Assembly: GCA_964433135.1 (NCBI GenBank)
Contig: CAYSQW010000010.1
Coordinates: 15,758 to 79,757, forward strand
DNA length: 64,000 bases
Reading direction: 5' to 3'
Source of the DNA: an uncultured Eubacteriales bacterium
GTDB taxonomy: Bacteria; Acidobacteriota; Aminicenantia; Aminicenantales; Aminicenantaceae
In this document: one piece after another, positions 27,252 through 37,981 of the stretch
Layout: every line of letters begins with the position of its first letter
Position numbering within the stretch: the first letter of the stretch is position 1
Notes under the pieces: generated by a model
Databases searched by the model: none
What the model was told of the DNA's origin: nothing
Seen by the model: only the letters and a program-made list of their open reading frames with translations
Program-made: the position numbers and the translations under genes

Positions 27252-28831
27252 CCCGAATCCTTCGTTTTTCTTTCCGTTTTCATCATTCTCAGAAAACGGG
27301 ATATCTCCTCATGGTTGAACAGGAGACTGCCGGCCGTATAGATCACGAGCCCAAGGATGATGGCCGCCGCCAGAACACCCATACGGTGGAGAAAGGACAG
27401 CGCTTGAAATTCCCACATCCGCATGAAGGCCCATATGCCTCCCCCCATCAATATCGAAGAAAAACCCGATTTCAAGGCGGACCTCAAAAATTCCCGCTTT
27501 TTTACAGAGCCTATTTTTCGCTCCAGGAGATGAAACAGCAGAAAAAAATTCAGCGCCGACGACAACGACAGAGCCAGCGCGATCCCCCCGACACGCAGGG
27601 GCCTCATCAACAGGAAGGACGACAGGAGATAGGCCAACATGACGAAAAAAGCCACGACAACCGGCGTTCGCGTATCTTTCAGGGAATAGAATGCGGGGGC
27701 GAGGATCTTCACTCCGGAGATAAAGGGAAGGCCGAACGCGAAATAAAACAAACAGGAAGCGCTCATAACGGTTGACTGGGCGCTAAAAACACCCCGCTCA
27801 TATAAAACACGAATGATCGGCATGTTCAGAACCAGGAGACCGACCATCGCCGGCAGGGTGATGAAAAAGATCAAACGGAATGAGAATGCCAGCGTTTCTT
27901 TCATCCGGTCGTGATCCTTTTGAGCGGCGAGTTCGGAAAACGTGGGGAGCAAAACGATGGAGAGCGCGATGGAAAAGATCCCGAGCGTCAGTTCCTGAAT
28001 CCGCGATGCGTAATACAGCGACGACACGCTGCCTTCTTCCAGGAGCGAAGCGATCATCCGACTGAGAGCAAAATTGATCTGTGAGATCCCCACGCCGAAT
28101 ATTCCCGGCAGCATGAGTCGGCCGACTTTGCGAACAGCGGGATGAGAGAAACTCAGCCCCCAGCGAAAACGCATCCCCTGCCGCCAGAGAAAAGGCAGCT
28201 GGAACGCCAATTGACAGCAGCCCCCGATCACGACGCCGACCGCGAAAACCATTGCGGGCTCATCAGCCCGGGCGGCTCCGATCACCGCCGCCGTGATGAT
28301 GGCCAGGTTAAACAGGACAGGCGTCAGTGCGGGAACAAAAAACTTCTTAAAGGAATTGAGGATCGCCATCGCCAGGGCGGACAAGCTGATCAGGAAGATA
28401 TACGGAAACATCATACGGGTGAGAACGATCGTCAGATCCCATTTTCCCTGAACATCCTTGAATCCGTAAGCGATTATCCTGACCAAAAGGGGAGTGGATA
28501 CCATACCGATGACCGTCAGCGCCGCCATAATCACGGTCAGATCGAAAAAGAAGGCATTCGCGAACTTCCATAACTCCTCTTTCCGGTTTTCTGATTTAAA
28601 CTGGGTAAAAACCGGAATGAAGGCGGCGGTCATGGCCCCTTCTCCGGTCAGGCGGCGCAGCAGATTAGGGATGACGTAAGCGATAGTGAAGGCATCCGCG
28701 CTCCGGCCCGTTCCCAGATAATACGCCTGCAGCATATCCCGGACATAACCCAGGATGCGGCTTAGCAGAGTGGGCAGAGATACGGCAAACGTGGAGCGGA
28801 CAAGACGGGAATTCCTTGTTTTCTGATCCAT
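27248..28831 (-). CDS. murJ: Lipid II flippase MurJ (MviN)
   Basis: 527 aa polytopic protein. N-terminal LLSRILGYVRDMLQAYYLGTGRSADAF...IPNLLRRLTGEGAM signature. Confidence 0.92.
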   Translation of the reverse strand: MDQKTRNSRLVRSTFAVSLPTLLSRILGYVRDMLQAYYLGTGRSADAFTIAYVIPNLLRRLTGEGAMTAAFIPVFTQFKSENRKEELWKFANAFFFDLTVIMAALTVIGMVSTPLLVRIIAYGFKDVQGKWDLTIVLTRMMFPYIFLISLSALAMAILNSFKKFFVPALTPVLFNLAIITAAVIGAARADEPAMVFAVGVVIGGCCQLAFQLPFLWRQGMRFRWGLSFSHPAVRKVGRLMLPGIFGVGISQINFALSRMIASLLEEGSVSSLYYASRIQELTLGIFSIALSIVLLPTFSELAAQKDHDRMKETLAFSFRLIFFITLPAMVGLLVLNMPIIRVLYERGVFSAQSTVMSASCLFYFAFGLPFISGVKILAPAFYSLKDTRTPVVVAFFVMLAYLLSSFLLMRPLRVGGIALALSLSSALNFFLLFHLLERKIGSVKKREFLRSALKSGFSSILMGGGIWAFMRMWEFQALSFLHRMGVLAAAIILGLVIYTAGSLLFNHEEISRFLRMMKTERKTKDSG

Positions 28832-28903
28832 CTTGGTTTAAAGCCTTCCCGACCTCCGCATCGATAACATGAAATCCCTCCCACGCTCAACATGAGCGGG
28901 AGG

Positions 28904-28932
28904 TTGACAAGAAAGAGAAGATATCATATCAT
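28904..28932 (+). promoter_or_regulatory. Candidate sigma-70 promoter of rpsT (TTGACA-17-TATCAT)
   Basis: TTGACA 28904-28909, 17 nt spacer, TATCAT 28927-28932, 24 nt upstream of the rpsT ATG. Confidence 0.4.
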
Positions 28933-28956
28933 ACCATTTCTTTATAGGAGAGATAA

Positions 28957-29235
28957 ATGGCTCAACACAAATCTGCGATACGCCAGTGGCGACGGACCCT
29001 CCGAAGAACCGCGATCAACACACGGAACAAATCCATTCTGCGCACACAAATCAAGACCTTACGGGAAGCCATCGACAAAAAGGATTTGGACGCGGCCCGC
29101 GAGCTGCTTCCCCAAGTCGTATCCATCATCGATAAATCCGTAAAAAAGGGAACCATTCACCGCAACAAGGGCAACCGCACTAAATCTCGCTTGAGCCGTC
29201 AAGTCGAGATGTTGAATCCTTCCCCTTCCAAATAA
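28957..29235 (+). CDS. rpsT: 30S ribosomal protein S20
   Basis: MAQHKSAIRQWRRTLRRTAINTRNKS; basic; 92 aa. Confidence 0.93.
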   Translation: MAQHKSAIRQWRRTLRRTAINTRNKSILRTQIKTLREAIDKKDLDAARELLPQVVSIIDKSVKKGTIHRNKGNRTKSRLSRQVEMLNPSPSK

Positions 29236-29289
29236 AATACCTTCTCGCTTTTTTCCCTTTTTCCGCCTCAGGAGTCTGCATTTCCCGGC

Positions 29290-30342
29290 TCAACGCTGGG
29301 TATAATGGAACAGGAGACGTTCAAGCATTTCCCTGGCGGGAGGATGCGTGCTTTTCATCGTGAGGTCGATCCGCTCCATCTCCGTGATCAAACGACCAAG
29401 AGACTTCATGGATATTCGGTCCACAGCCGCAAAGAACCGTCTGAACTTCCGGCTGTACAGCGATCCAAAGCTTTTTCTCAATTGCGGCCTCACCTGATTG
29501 AAGATCATCTCACGGTCGAGTGATTTTTCGCGCAAGGCCACTTTGGCGAAGAGAAGATCACGAAGAAACCAGCTTATCAAATTCGCAATCTGACCCGCCG
29601 CGACGCCTTCTTTGCTCATCAATTTACCCAGGGTCAGAAGGCACTGCTCATAATCCGCCTTTTCCAAGCTATCCGTAAATTCCCACTCGAAAAAGGATTT
29701 CACCCAACCGGACACCTGATTGACATCGTCCACTTCCATGATTTTCTTATCGCCGAGGAAGGTGATAATTTTCTCAAACTCGGAATCAAGTCGATCCATT
29801 TCGTTTCCGGCAAATTCAAGCAGTCGGTCGACGGCGCCCGCTTCAGCCCGCCTTCCGCTCTCCCGAAGTCTGAATTCGATCCAAGCGTGCAGCCCTTCTT
29901 CCCGCAAACGCTTCACTTCCCGGCTTCGAACACTTCTCGTCCGTGTGCTGAAAAAGCGAACAAAGGCGGAATTTTTGGGGGATTTCCCTTTATAGATGAT
30001 AATCAGGATGGTCTGAGGCGCCGGGTCTTCCAGATATTCACCGATCCTTCTCTTCTCGGATTCCGAAATCCGATCGCCTTTGCCCTTCCGGACAACGGTC
30101 ACGATCAACCGATGAGAGAGAAAAAGCAGGGGAACGGAACGGGCTTCATCGATAATATCCGTCCAGGTTTGCTCACCGAGAAGAAAGCGCTCTTCCCGCA
30201 GTTCCGCTTCTCCGTCCGGACTCAGATCAGACCGCAGCTTTTCGATGAAACTCCATGCCAGAAACGTCTCTTCTCCATAGAAAAAGAAACAGGGAGGCAG
30301 GGGGGGCTCTAAAAATTTTCGGGTCCATGATGAGCTGCTCAA
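29290..30342 (-). CDS. holA: DNA polymerase III delta subunit
   Basis: 350 aa with FFFYGEETFL near the N-terminus. Sits in the conserved leuS-lptE-holA gene order. Confidence 0.8.
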   Translation of the reverse strand: MSSSSWTRKFLEPPLPPCFFFYGEETFLAWSFIEKLRSDLSPDGEAELREERFLLGEQTWTDIIDEARSVPLLFLSHRLIVTVVRKGKGDRISESEKRRIGEYLEDPAPQTILIIIYKGKSPKNSAFVRFFSTRTRSVRSREVKRLREEGLHAWIEFRLRESGRRAEAGAVDRLLEFAGNEMDRLDSEFEKIITFLGDKKIMEVDDVNQVSGWVKSFFEWEFTDSLEKADYEQCLLTLGKLMSKEGVAAGQIANLISWFLRDLLFAKVALREKSLDREMIFNQVRPQLRKSFGSLYSRKFRRFFAAVDRISMKSLGRLITEMERIDLTMKSTHPPAREMLERLLFHYTQR

Positions 30343-30345
30343 TCC

Positions 30346-30855
30346 TTAAAATCCCTCTAAGATGGTAATCATCAGGCTGCGCGCAAATTTTTCCGCGATC
30401 TTGTCGATCGCCTCGGATTCGACGGTTTCAAAATCCGATCCCTCCGGCACTTCGTATTCTTCCTGGTAAGCGAAATTGGGATTGGAAAAGATCACGCGGT
30501 TGTTGGTCAAATCCCGCAGAGTGATTTTAGCCACAACCGTGATATTGTACCTATCCGCCGAGCCCTCGCCCGAAAAAGCGATCGGATTCGCCACAAACGT
30601 AATCACATCTCCGAGCAGTGTCGCCTCGGCGGAAGACTTGTCCGCTGTCACTTCCACTTTACCGCGCGCCACCATTTCATCGATGATCTTTTGCGTCAGC
30701 TTTAATTCCAGCTCAAACCGCGTGGTCGAGTTGGTGAACATGGGGACATGAACGCGGGCGATGTGGGAGGGCAGCGAACTGCCCGTTCCCCGCAGATGGT
30801 AGCCGCAGCCACACAGGACTCCGCACAAGAGCAAAATGAGAAAGAATTTTTTCAT
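30346..30855 (-). CDS. lptE: LPS-assembly lipoprotein LptE
   Basis: Lipobox LCGC followed by GYHLRG. 169 aa, between leuS and holA. Confidence 0.85.
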   Translation of the reverse strand: MKKFFLILLLCGVLCGCGYHLRGTGSSLPSHIARVHVPMFTNSTTRFELELKLTQKIIDEMVARGKVEVTADKSSAEATLLGDVITFVANPIAFSGEGSADRYNITVVAKITLRDLTNNRVIFSNPNFAYQEEYEVPEGSDFETVESEAIDKIAEKFARSLMITILEGF

Positions 30856-30865
30856 CCTGAAAAAA

Positions 30866-33340
30866 TTATACCACGATATTGACCAGTTTGTTTTTGATTC
30901 CGATGATCTTTCTGATTTCTCCGCTTCCGATCAGCGACCGGATACGCGGCAGTTCCAAGGCAAGGCGTTTGATCTCCTCTTCGGAAAGATCCCTCTCCAC
31001 ATCGAACTTCTCCCGCAGTTTTCCATTGATCTGGACCACGACGGTAACCTTTTCTTCCTTTGCCAGATCCGCGTCGAAAACAGGCCAGGGAGACAGGGAT
31101 ACCTGACCGTCCAAATGCATCCGGGATCCCAACTCATCACACACGTGCGGCGCGAAGGGGGACAGCAAGCGGACAAGATTCCGCATGGATTCCTTCAGGA
31201 TCGTCCGGCCGGCCGCGGTGGACCTCAGGACATCGCGCGCTTTTTTCATCTGATTGAACATTTCCATGATGGAACTGATCGCGGTATTCATATGAAATCT
31301 ACGATCCAGATCTTCCGTCACCTTCTTGATGGTCTGGTGCATCTTGATCTCGAGCCCATGGCTCGCCGCGTCAACCGGGGCCGCGTCCGGTTCCGGTGAA
31401 TCGAAAAGATCGAGGTTGTCTTGAAAAAAAGCCCAGATCCGATGAATGAAACGGAAGCTTCCTTCGATCCCTTTTTCATTCCAGGCAAATTCTTTTTCCG
31501 GCGGCGCCGCGAAAAGGATGAAAAGGCGAACGGTATCCACACCGTACTTGGCGATCATCTCATCCGGATCCACGACATTGCCCTTGGATTTGGACATCGC
31601 CGATCCGTCCTTGGTCACCATTCCCTGTCCAAGATAGTGCGGAAAGGGTTCACTGATATCCGTCAGCCCCAGATCGCGCAGAACCTTGCAGAAAAAGCGC
31701 GCGTAGATCAGATGAAGGATCGCATGTTCGACACCCCCGACATAAATATCGACAGGAAGCCAATATCTTGCGGGATCGGGCTGAAAAGGAAGGCTGTTTT
31801 CCCGAGGAGAACAGTACCTGAAGTAATACCATGAGGAATCGAAAAATGTATCCATGGTATCCGTTTCCCGGCGGGCGTGTCCTCCGCATCGGGGACAGGT
31901 CGTCCGGACAAAATCCTCGACTTTCTCCAAGGGTGAGCCTTCCGTTCCCTCGAATTTCGCCTCGTAAGGAAGCCGGATGGGAAGATCCGAGACCGGAACA
32001 CCGACGACACCGCATTCCGGACAGTAAACGATCGGAATAGGCGTCCCCCAATATCGCTGCCGCGATATTCCCCAATCGCGAAGACGATAGACCGTGCTTA
32101 TGCGTCCGAATCCCTCTTGTTCTCCCCTCTCCGCCATGGCTTCGATCGCATCCCGCGAAGTCTTCCCGGAATACGGGCCGGAATTCACCAGGCATCCGTA
32201 ATCGGTAAACACTCCTTCCCGGCTTCCGGCTTCGAGCGGCTTTTCGGGTTCGATGACCGGTCTGATCGGAAGCCCATATTTAAGCGCGAATTCGTGATCG
32301 CGCTCGTCATGAGCCGGAACCGCCATGATCGCGCCGGTGCCGTATTCCATCAGCACATAATTCGCGATCCAGATGGGGATCTCTTCTCCTGTATAAGGAT
32401 TGAGTGCTTTTTTCCCGGTATCGATCCCCAGTTTCTCCTCATTTCCGGATTCTTCCCTAGGATTTCCGGCGGCATGCTGGATATGCACCCATTCTTCGAT
32501 CTTGTTCTTCTCGGGTGAATCCCCGATGAGATCGGAAACCAGAGGATGCTGGGGGGAAAGGACCAGGAACGTTGCTCCGAAGATCGTATCCAGGCGCGTC
32601 GTGAAAACTTCGATCTCATCCGACGTTCCCGTCACGGAAAACGTCACATGGGCGCCTTTGCTCTTCCCGATCCAGTTTCTCTGCATGGCAAGAACGTGTT
32701 CCGGCCATTTCCGGAGCGAATCATGTCCGTACAGCAGCTCCTCGGCATACGCCGTGATCTTGAGAAACCACTGCTCCATGTCTTTTTCCTCGACCAGGGT
32801 ATCACACCGCCAGCAGCGTTCCCCGATAACCTGCTCATTCGCCAGTACGGTCTCGCACTGCGGGCACCAGTTCACCACGCTTTTTTTTCTGAAAGCCAGA
32901 CCGCGTTTCAGCATCTGCAGAAAGATCCATTGATTCCAGGCATAATACTCCGGCAGACACGTCGTGACTTCCCGGTCCCAATCGTAGCTGAAACCCAAGC
33001 GCTGGAGCTGCTTTTTCATGTGAGCGATATTTTCCAAGGTCCAGTCCTGAGGATGGATGCCGCGTTTGATGGCGGCATTCTCGGCCGGCATCCCGAAAGC
33101 ATCCCAACCGATCGGATGCAGCACGTTGAATCCCCGCATCTTCTTAAACCGGGAGATTACATCCACGATGGAAAAATTTCTTACGTGCCCCATATGGATA
33201 CGGCCGGAGGGATAGGGATACATTTCCAGGCAGTAGAACTTAGGCTTGCCGGAATCCTCACGCACGCGAAAATCACCCTGCTTTTCCCAGACCGTCTGCC
33301 ATTTTTCTTCGATGGTTAGATAATCGTAGTCTTCATTCAT
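30866..33340 (-). CDS. leuS: Leucyl-tRNA synthetase
   Basis: HMGH (HIGH) motif YPSGRIHMGHVRN, KMSKS variant AMSKSKGN, and a CP1 editing domain. Start at MNEDYDY (ATG 33340). Confidence 0.95.
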   Translation of the reverse strand: MNEDYDYLTIEEKWQTVWEKQGDFRVREDSGKPKFYCLEMYPYPSGRIHMGHVRNFSIVDVISRFKKMRGFNVLHPIGWDAFGMPAENAAIKRGIHPQDWTLENIAHMKKQLQRLGFSYDWDREVTTCLPEYYAWNQWIFLQMLKRGLAFRKKSVVNWCPQCETVLANEQVIGERCWRCDTLVEEKDMEQWFLKITAYAEELLYGHDSLRKWPEHVLAMQRNWIGKSKGAHVTFSVTGTSDEIEVFTTRLDTIFGATFLVLSPQHPLVSDLIGDSPEKNKIEEWVHIQHAAGNPREESGNEEKLGIDTGKKALNPYTGEEIPIWIANYVLMEYGTGAIMAVPAHDERDHEFALKYGLPIRPVIEPEKPLEAGSREGVFTDYGCLVNSGPYSGKTSRDAIEAMAERGEQEGFGRISTVYRLRDWGISRQRYWGTPIPIVYCPECGVVGVPVSDLPIRLPYEAKFEGTEGSPLEKVEDFVRTTCPRCGGHARRETDTMDTFFDSSWYYFRYCSPRENSLPFQPDPARYWLPVDIYVGGVEHAILHLIYARFFCKVLRDLGLTDISEPFPHYLGQGMVTKDGSAMSKSKGNVVDPDEMIAKYGVDTVRLFILFAAPPEKEFAWNEKGIEGSFRFIHRIWAFFQDNLDLFDSPEPDAAPVDAASHGLEIKMHQTIKKVTEDLDRRFHMNTAISSIMEMFNQMKKARDVLRSTAAGRTILKESMRNLVRLLSPFAPHVCDELGSRMHLDGQVSLSPWPVFDADLAKEEKVTVVVQINGKLREKFDVERDLSEEEIKRLALELPRIRSLIGSGEIRKIIGIKNKLVNIVV

Positions 33341-33507
33341 TTCATCACTTCCACAATTCACTCCGGAATCAAGCAGTAGAATGCGGTTAGATATCCTTAA
33401 GAACCGACTTGAATTAAAGTTCAATATTAGATTCTTCCCCTGTAAAAGTCAAGACGCGTCGCCCGCGCCGCCGATCTCCTTTCCTTCTTGCTCCCGCCTA
33501 TCCCTTA

Positions 33508-34101
33508 ATGATAGAATCGAATCCGAATATGGATTTTTTTTATATCCGGGATCGCAAACACCGCTACCGATTTTTCTGTTCCGAGCCTCTCCATGATGTG
33601 ACGGTTCGATTTTCCCGATGGGAAAAATTCTGGGAGTCGGCCAAAAAAAAGCTTATGCTGCTTCCCAGGCGGGATCTCGCGCAGGAACAGGCCTTCGCAA
33701 GGATTCGCACCTGGAAGCGAAAAGACATCACGATCAAGGTCTCCGGCTGTATCAACGTCCGCAAGAGCCACCGGCGGTTTTATCTGTTTCTCCAAAAAAA
33801 GCGTTCACAGCATGTTTTGATGCTCGTTCTGGAAGCGATCTTGCTGCCCATCAGCGGCGTATTGGCTTTTCTTCCCGGCCCCAATGTCTTCTTCGGGGTT
33901 CTGGCTCTGATCATGATCACCCACTGGCAGGCTCTCCGCGGAATCAACCACCTTTCCCGAATCCAGAGGCATTTCTCCCGAACTCCGCTGTTCAGAGAAT
34001 GGGAAGAAGCCGTTGATTCCGGAGACGAGGACATATATCCGGTTATCCTGGATAAGATCTCGAAAAAATATCATCTGGAACACATCCGCTCGATTCTGTA
34101 A
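33508..34101 (+). CDS. Hypothetical membrane protein (two predicted TM helices)
   Basis: Basic N-terminal half, then hydrophobic segments VLMLVLEAILLPISGVLAFLPGPNVFFGVLALIMI. The start is ambiguous (ATG 33508 or ATG 33529). Confidence 0.6.
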   Translation: MIESNPNMDFFYIRDRKHRYRFFCSEPLHDVTVRFSRWEKFWESAKKKLMLLPRRDLAQEQAFARIRTWKRKDITIKVSGCINVRKSHRRFYLFLQKKRSQHVLMLVLEAILLPISGVLAFLPGPNVFFGVLALIMITHWQALRGINHLSRIQRHFSRTPLFREWEEAVDSGDEDIYPVILDKISKKYHLEHIRSIL

Positions 34102-34216
34102 GGGTGCTTTCAGGCATGGACCGCCCGGAAGCACCGTCGACAATGAAGAGGAACGAAGCCCTTCTTTCGCGTCCCCATTGACAAGTTAGGGCTTTTTATA
34201 CTATTTATGTATTACA

Positions 34217-34588
34217 ATGCCGCTGACGCTTAGCCAGTTCCTTTTTTTGGTGATCACCATCGTCGTCGTCGCCACGGGGACCGCACTCATCATATTGATT
34301 GCCCAACTGCGCAAAACAGCGAGTAAAAGTGAGGAAGCCCTGGCCGATCTCAGGGAACTGCTGCAGAATTTATCAGAGACCTCCCGCACGGTCAACGCCA
34401 AGCTCGAGGAAGTGGACGACATCGTGGGGGCCGTAAAAAAAACCGCCGGCAGTCTGTCGGAAATCACATGGTTCCTTACCACCAAGATGATTCGGCCGTC
34501 CTCGAAATTCTGGCCCTTTCTTTACCCCCTCATTAGAACAGGTTGGCGGCAGATCAAAAAACGTAAGGAGGATAAGAATGGCAAATAA
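34217..34588 (+). CDS. DUF948-like small membrane-anchored coiled-coil protein
   Basis: N-terminal TM helix followed by a helical region (LRKTASKSEEALADLRELLQNLSETSRTVNAKLEEVDDIV). Confidence 0.6.
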   Translation: MPLTLSQFLFLVITIVVVATGTALIILIAQLRKTASKSEEALADLRELLQNLSETSRTVNAKLEEVDDIVGAVKKTAGSLSEITWFLTTKMIRPSSKFWPFLYPLIRTGWRQIKKRKEDKNGK

Positions 34589-34889
34589 AGAATCCAGTGC
34601 ATTGGAAATCACGCTGTCTTTTCTGATCGGAACGGCAACGGGATTTGTTCTGGGAGTCCTTTTTGCTCCGACGAGTGGAGAAGAAACCCGCAAAAAGCTT
34701 CATGAAGGCGCAAAAAAAACCGGAGAAGCCGCCAAAGACAGCTACGAAAAGATCGCCAAAGAAGCGGAAAAAGGGATAAACATCGTAAAAGAGAAGACCA
34801 GTGAGGGCATCGACTCCATAAAAGAATTCGTTGAAAAGAAAAAGTCCGAAATCACCAAGAAGACTCAAGAACTCAATAAAGAAGAGTAA
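34578..34889 (+). CDS. YtxH-domain protein
   Basis: LIGTATGFVLGVLFAPTSGEETRKKL is the YtxH signature, followed by a Lys/Glu-rich helix. 103 aa. Confidence 0.75.
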   Translation: MANKESSALEITLSFLIGTATGFVLGVLFAPTSGEETRKKLHEGAKKTGEAAKDSYEKIAKEAEKGINIVKEKTSEGIDSIKEFVEKKKSEITKKTQELNKEE

Positions 34890-36266
<1,377 letters not shown>

Positions 36267-36282
36267 TCCAAACCAGAGGGAG

Positions 36283-37884
36283 ATGACGAAACCGAGAAAG
36301 GCGATATTCCGCACCTCTTCCGGCATCGAGCTCAAACCCGTTTACAATGCGGAGGATATTCCGCTCTTCGATTCAGCCCAAAAGCTGGGGAAGCCGGGAG
36401 ATCCTCCCTTCACCAGAGGCATATATCCCGCCATGTACCGGAAGAAGCTCTGGACCATGCGGCAATATGCGGGATTCGGCACGGCGGCGGAATCCAATCA
36501 GCGCTTTCGCTATCTCCTGGACCAAGGCCAGACCGGCCTCAGCGTAGCCTTCGACCTTCCGACCCAGCTGGGTCTCGATTCCGACCATCCCCTTTCCCGG
36601 GGGGAAGTGGGGAAGGTGGGCGTCGCCGTCGATTCTCTGGAGGACCTGGAGGTGCTTTTCGACCGTATTCCCCTGGAACGAGTATCGGTTTCCATGACCA
36701 TCAACGCCACCGCCGCTGTGATTCTGGCTATGTACCTGGCGATGGCGAAGCGAAGAAATATTCCCTGGCCAAAGCTGGCGGGGACCATCCAGAATGATAT
36801 CTTGAAGGAATACGTCGCCCGCGGCACCTATATTTATCCGCCCCGGCCTTCGCTCAAAATCACCACGGATATCATCTCCTTCTGCCAGCGGCAGGTTCCG
36901 CGGTGGAACACCATCAGCATCAGCGGCTACCATATCCGGGAAGCCGGAGCCACAGCAGTACAGGAACTGGCCTTTACATTCGCCGATGCCGTCGCCTATA
37001 CGGAAGCCGCCATAATAGCGGGACTGCGCGTGGATTCGTTTGCACCGCGGTTTTCTTTCTTTCTGGCGGCGCATAATCATTTCTTTGAAGAAATCGCGAA
37101 ATTCCGAGCGGCGCGAAGGATCTGGAGCCGTCTCATGCGGGATCGATTCCACGCCCGGAATCCACTTTCCTGGAAATTCCGCTTTCACACCCAGACTTCC
37201 GGCGTAACGCTCACCGCCCAGGAGCCGGAAAATAATGTCGTTCGCGTCACGCTGCAAGCCTTGGCATCGGTGTTGGGTGGAACCCAATCGCTTCATACCA
37301 ACTCGCGGGATGAAGCCTTGGCGCTGCCCACTCGGGAATCCGCTCAGATCGCCCTCCGCACACAACAGATCATCGCCCATGAAAGCGGCGCGGCCGATAC
37401 CGTCGATGCCCTGGGTGGAAGTTTTTTCATCGAGACTCTGACCGACCGAATCGAAAGCGATGTCAACGCCGCCCTGCAGCGGATTGCGGACATGGGAGGA
37501 ACTCTGTCCGCGATCGAATCCGGTTTCATCCAGCGGGAGATCCAAAACAGCGCGTATGCCGCTCAAAAGCAGATCGAATCCGGAGATTCCATCATCGTGG
37601 GTTTGAACGCATTCGCGGAGAACGCCCCGGGAGCGCGATTCGGGCTGCATACACCGCCTCCGGAACTGGAATCCCGTCAGATCGAAACCTTGCGCCGCTT
37701 CAAAGGACGGCGCAACACGTCTCGGGTTCAAAAAAAGCTCCAGGAGCTGGAAGACATCCTCCACAGAGATGAAAATCTCATGCCGATCCTGATCGAAGCG
37801 GTCACGGCCGGCGCCACGCTGGGAGAAATCTCTGACCGAATGAAATCGGTTTTCGGAACTTTCCGGGAAGATGTCACGGTCTGA
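36283..37884 (+). CDS. Acyl-CoA (methylmalonyl/isobutyryl-CoA-type) mutase large catalytic subunit, without a B12-binding domain
   Basis: FTRGIYPAMYRKKLWTMRQYAGFGTAAESNQRFRYLLDQGQTGLSVAFDLPTQ is the mutase TIM-barrel signature. At 533 aa it ends before any cobalamin-binding module. Confidence 0.88.
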   Translation: MTKPRKAIFRTSSGIELKPVYNAEDIPLFDSAQKLGKPGDPPFTRGIYPAMYRKKLWTMRQYAGFGTAAESNQRFRYLLDQGQTGLSVAFDLPTQLGLDSDHPLSRGEVGKVGVAVDSLEDLEVLFDRIPLERVSVSMTINATAAVILAMYLAMAKRRNIPWPKLAGTIQNDILKEYVARGTYIYPPRPSLKITTDIISFCQRQVPRWNTISISGYHIREAGATAVQELAFTFADAVAYTEAAIIAGLRVDSFAPRFSFFLAAHNHFFEEIAKFRAARRIWSRLMRDRFHARNPLSWKFRFHTQTSGVTLTAQEPENNVVRVTLQALASVLGGTQSLHTNSRDEALALPTRESAQIALRTQQIIAHESGAADTVDALGGSFFIETLTDRIESDVNAALQRIADMGGTLSAIESGFIQREIQNSAYAAQKQIESGDSIIVGLNAFAENAPGARFGLHTPPPELESRQIETLRRFKGRRNTSRVQKKLQELEDILHRDENLMPILIEAVTAGATLGEISDRMKSVFGTFREDVTV

Positions 37885-37946
37885 ATTCATGAAATCAACC
37901 TTTCACCGATCCGGCTGACGGAAGCGGAATCCCCGTTTCCCCCCGG

Positions 37947-37975
37947 TTGACTTTAACCGCCCCCGTGTCTAATAT
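37947..37975 (+). promoter_or_regulatory. Candidate sigma-70 promoter with leaderless geometry (TTGACT-17-TAATAT)
   Basis: TTGACT 37947-37952, 17 nt spacer, TAATAT 37970-37975. The ATG at 37982 begins 7 nt after the -10 hexamer. Confidence 0.35.
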
Positions 37976-37981
37976 AAATCT

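Noticed and set aside
36373-37890. 505-aa ORF on the minus strand
   Set aside because: It is antisense to the acyl-CoA mutase gene. The translation is Arg/Gly/Pro-rich with no motifs. It is a shadow ORF arising from codon bias.
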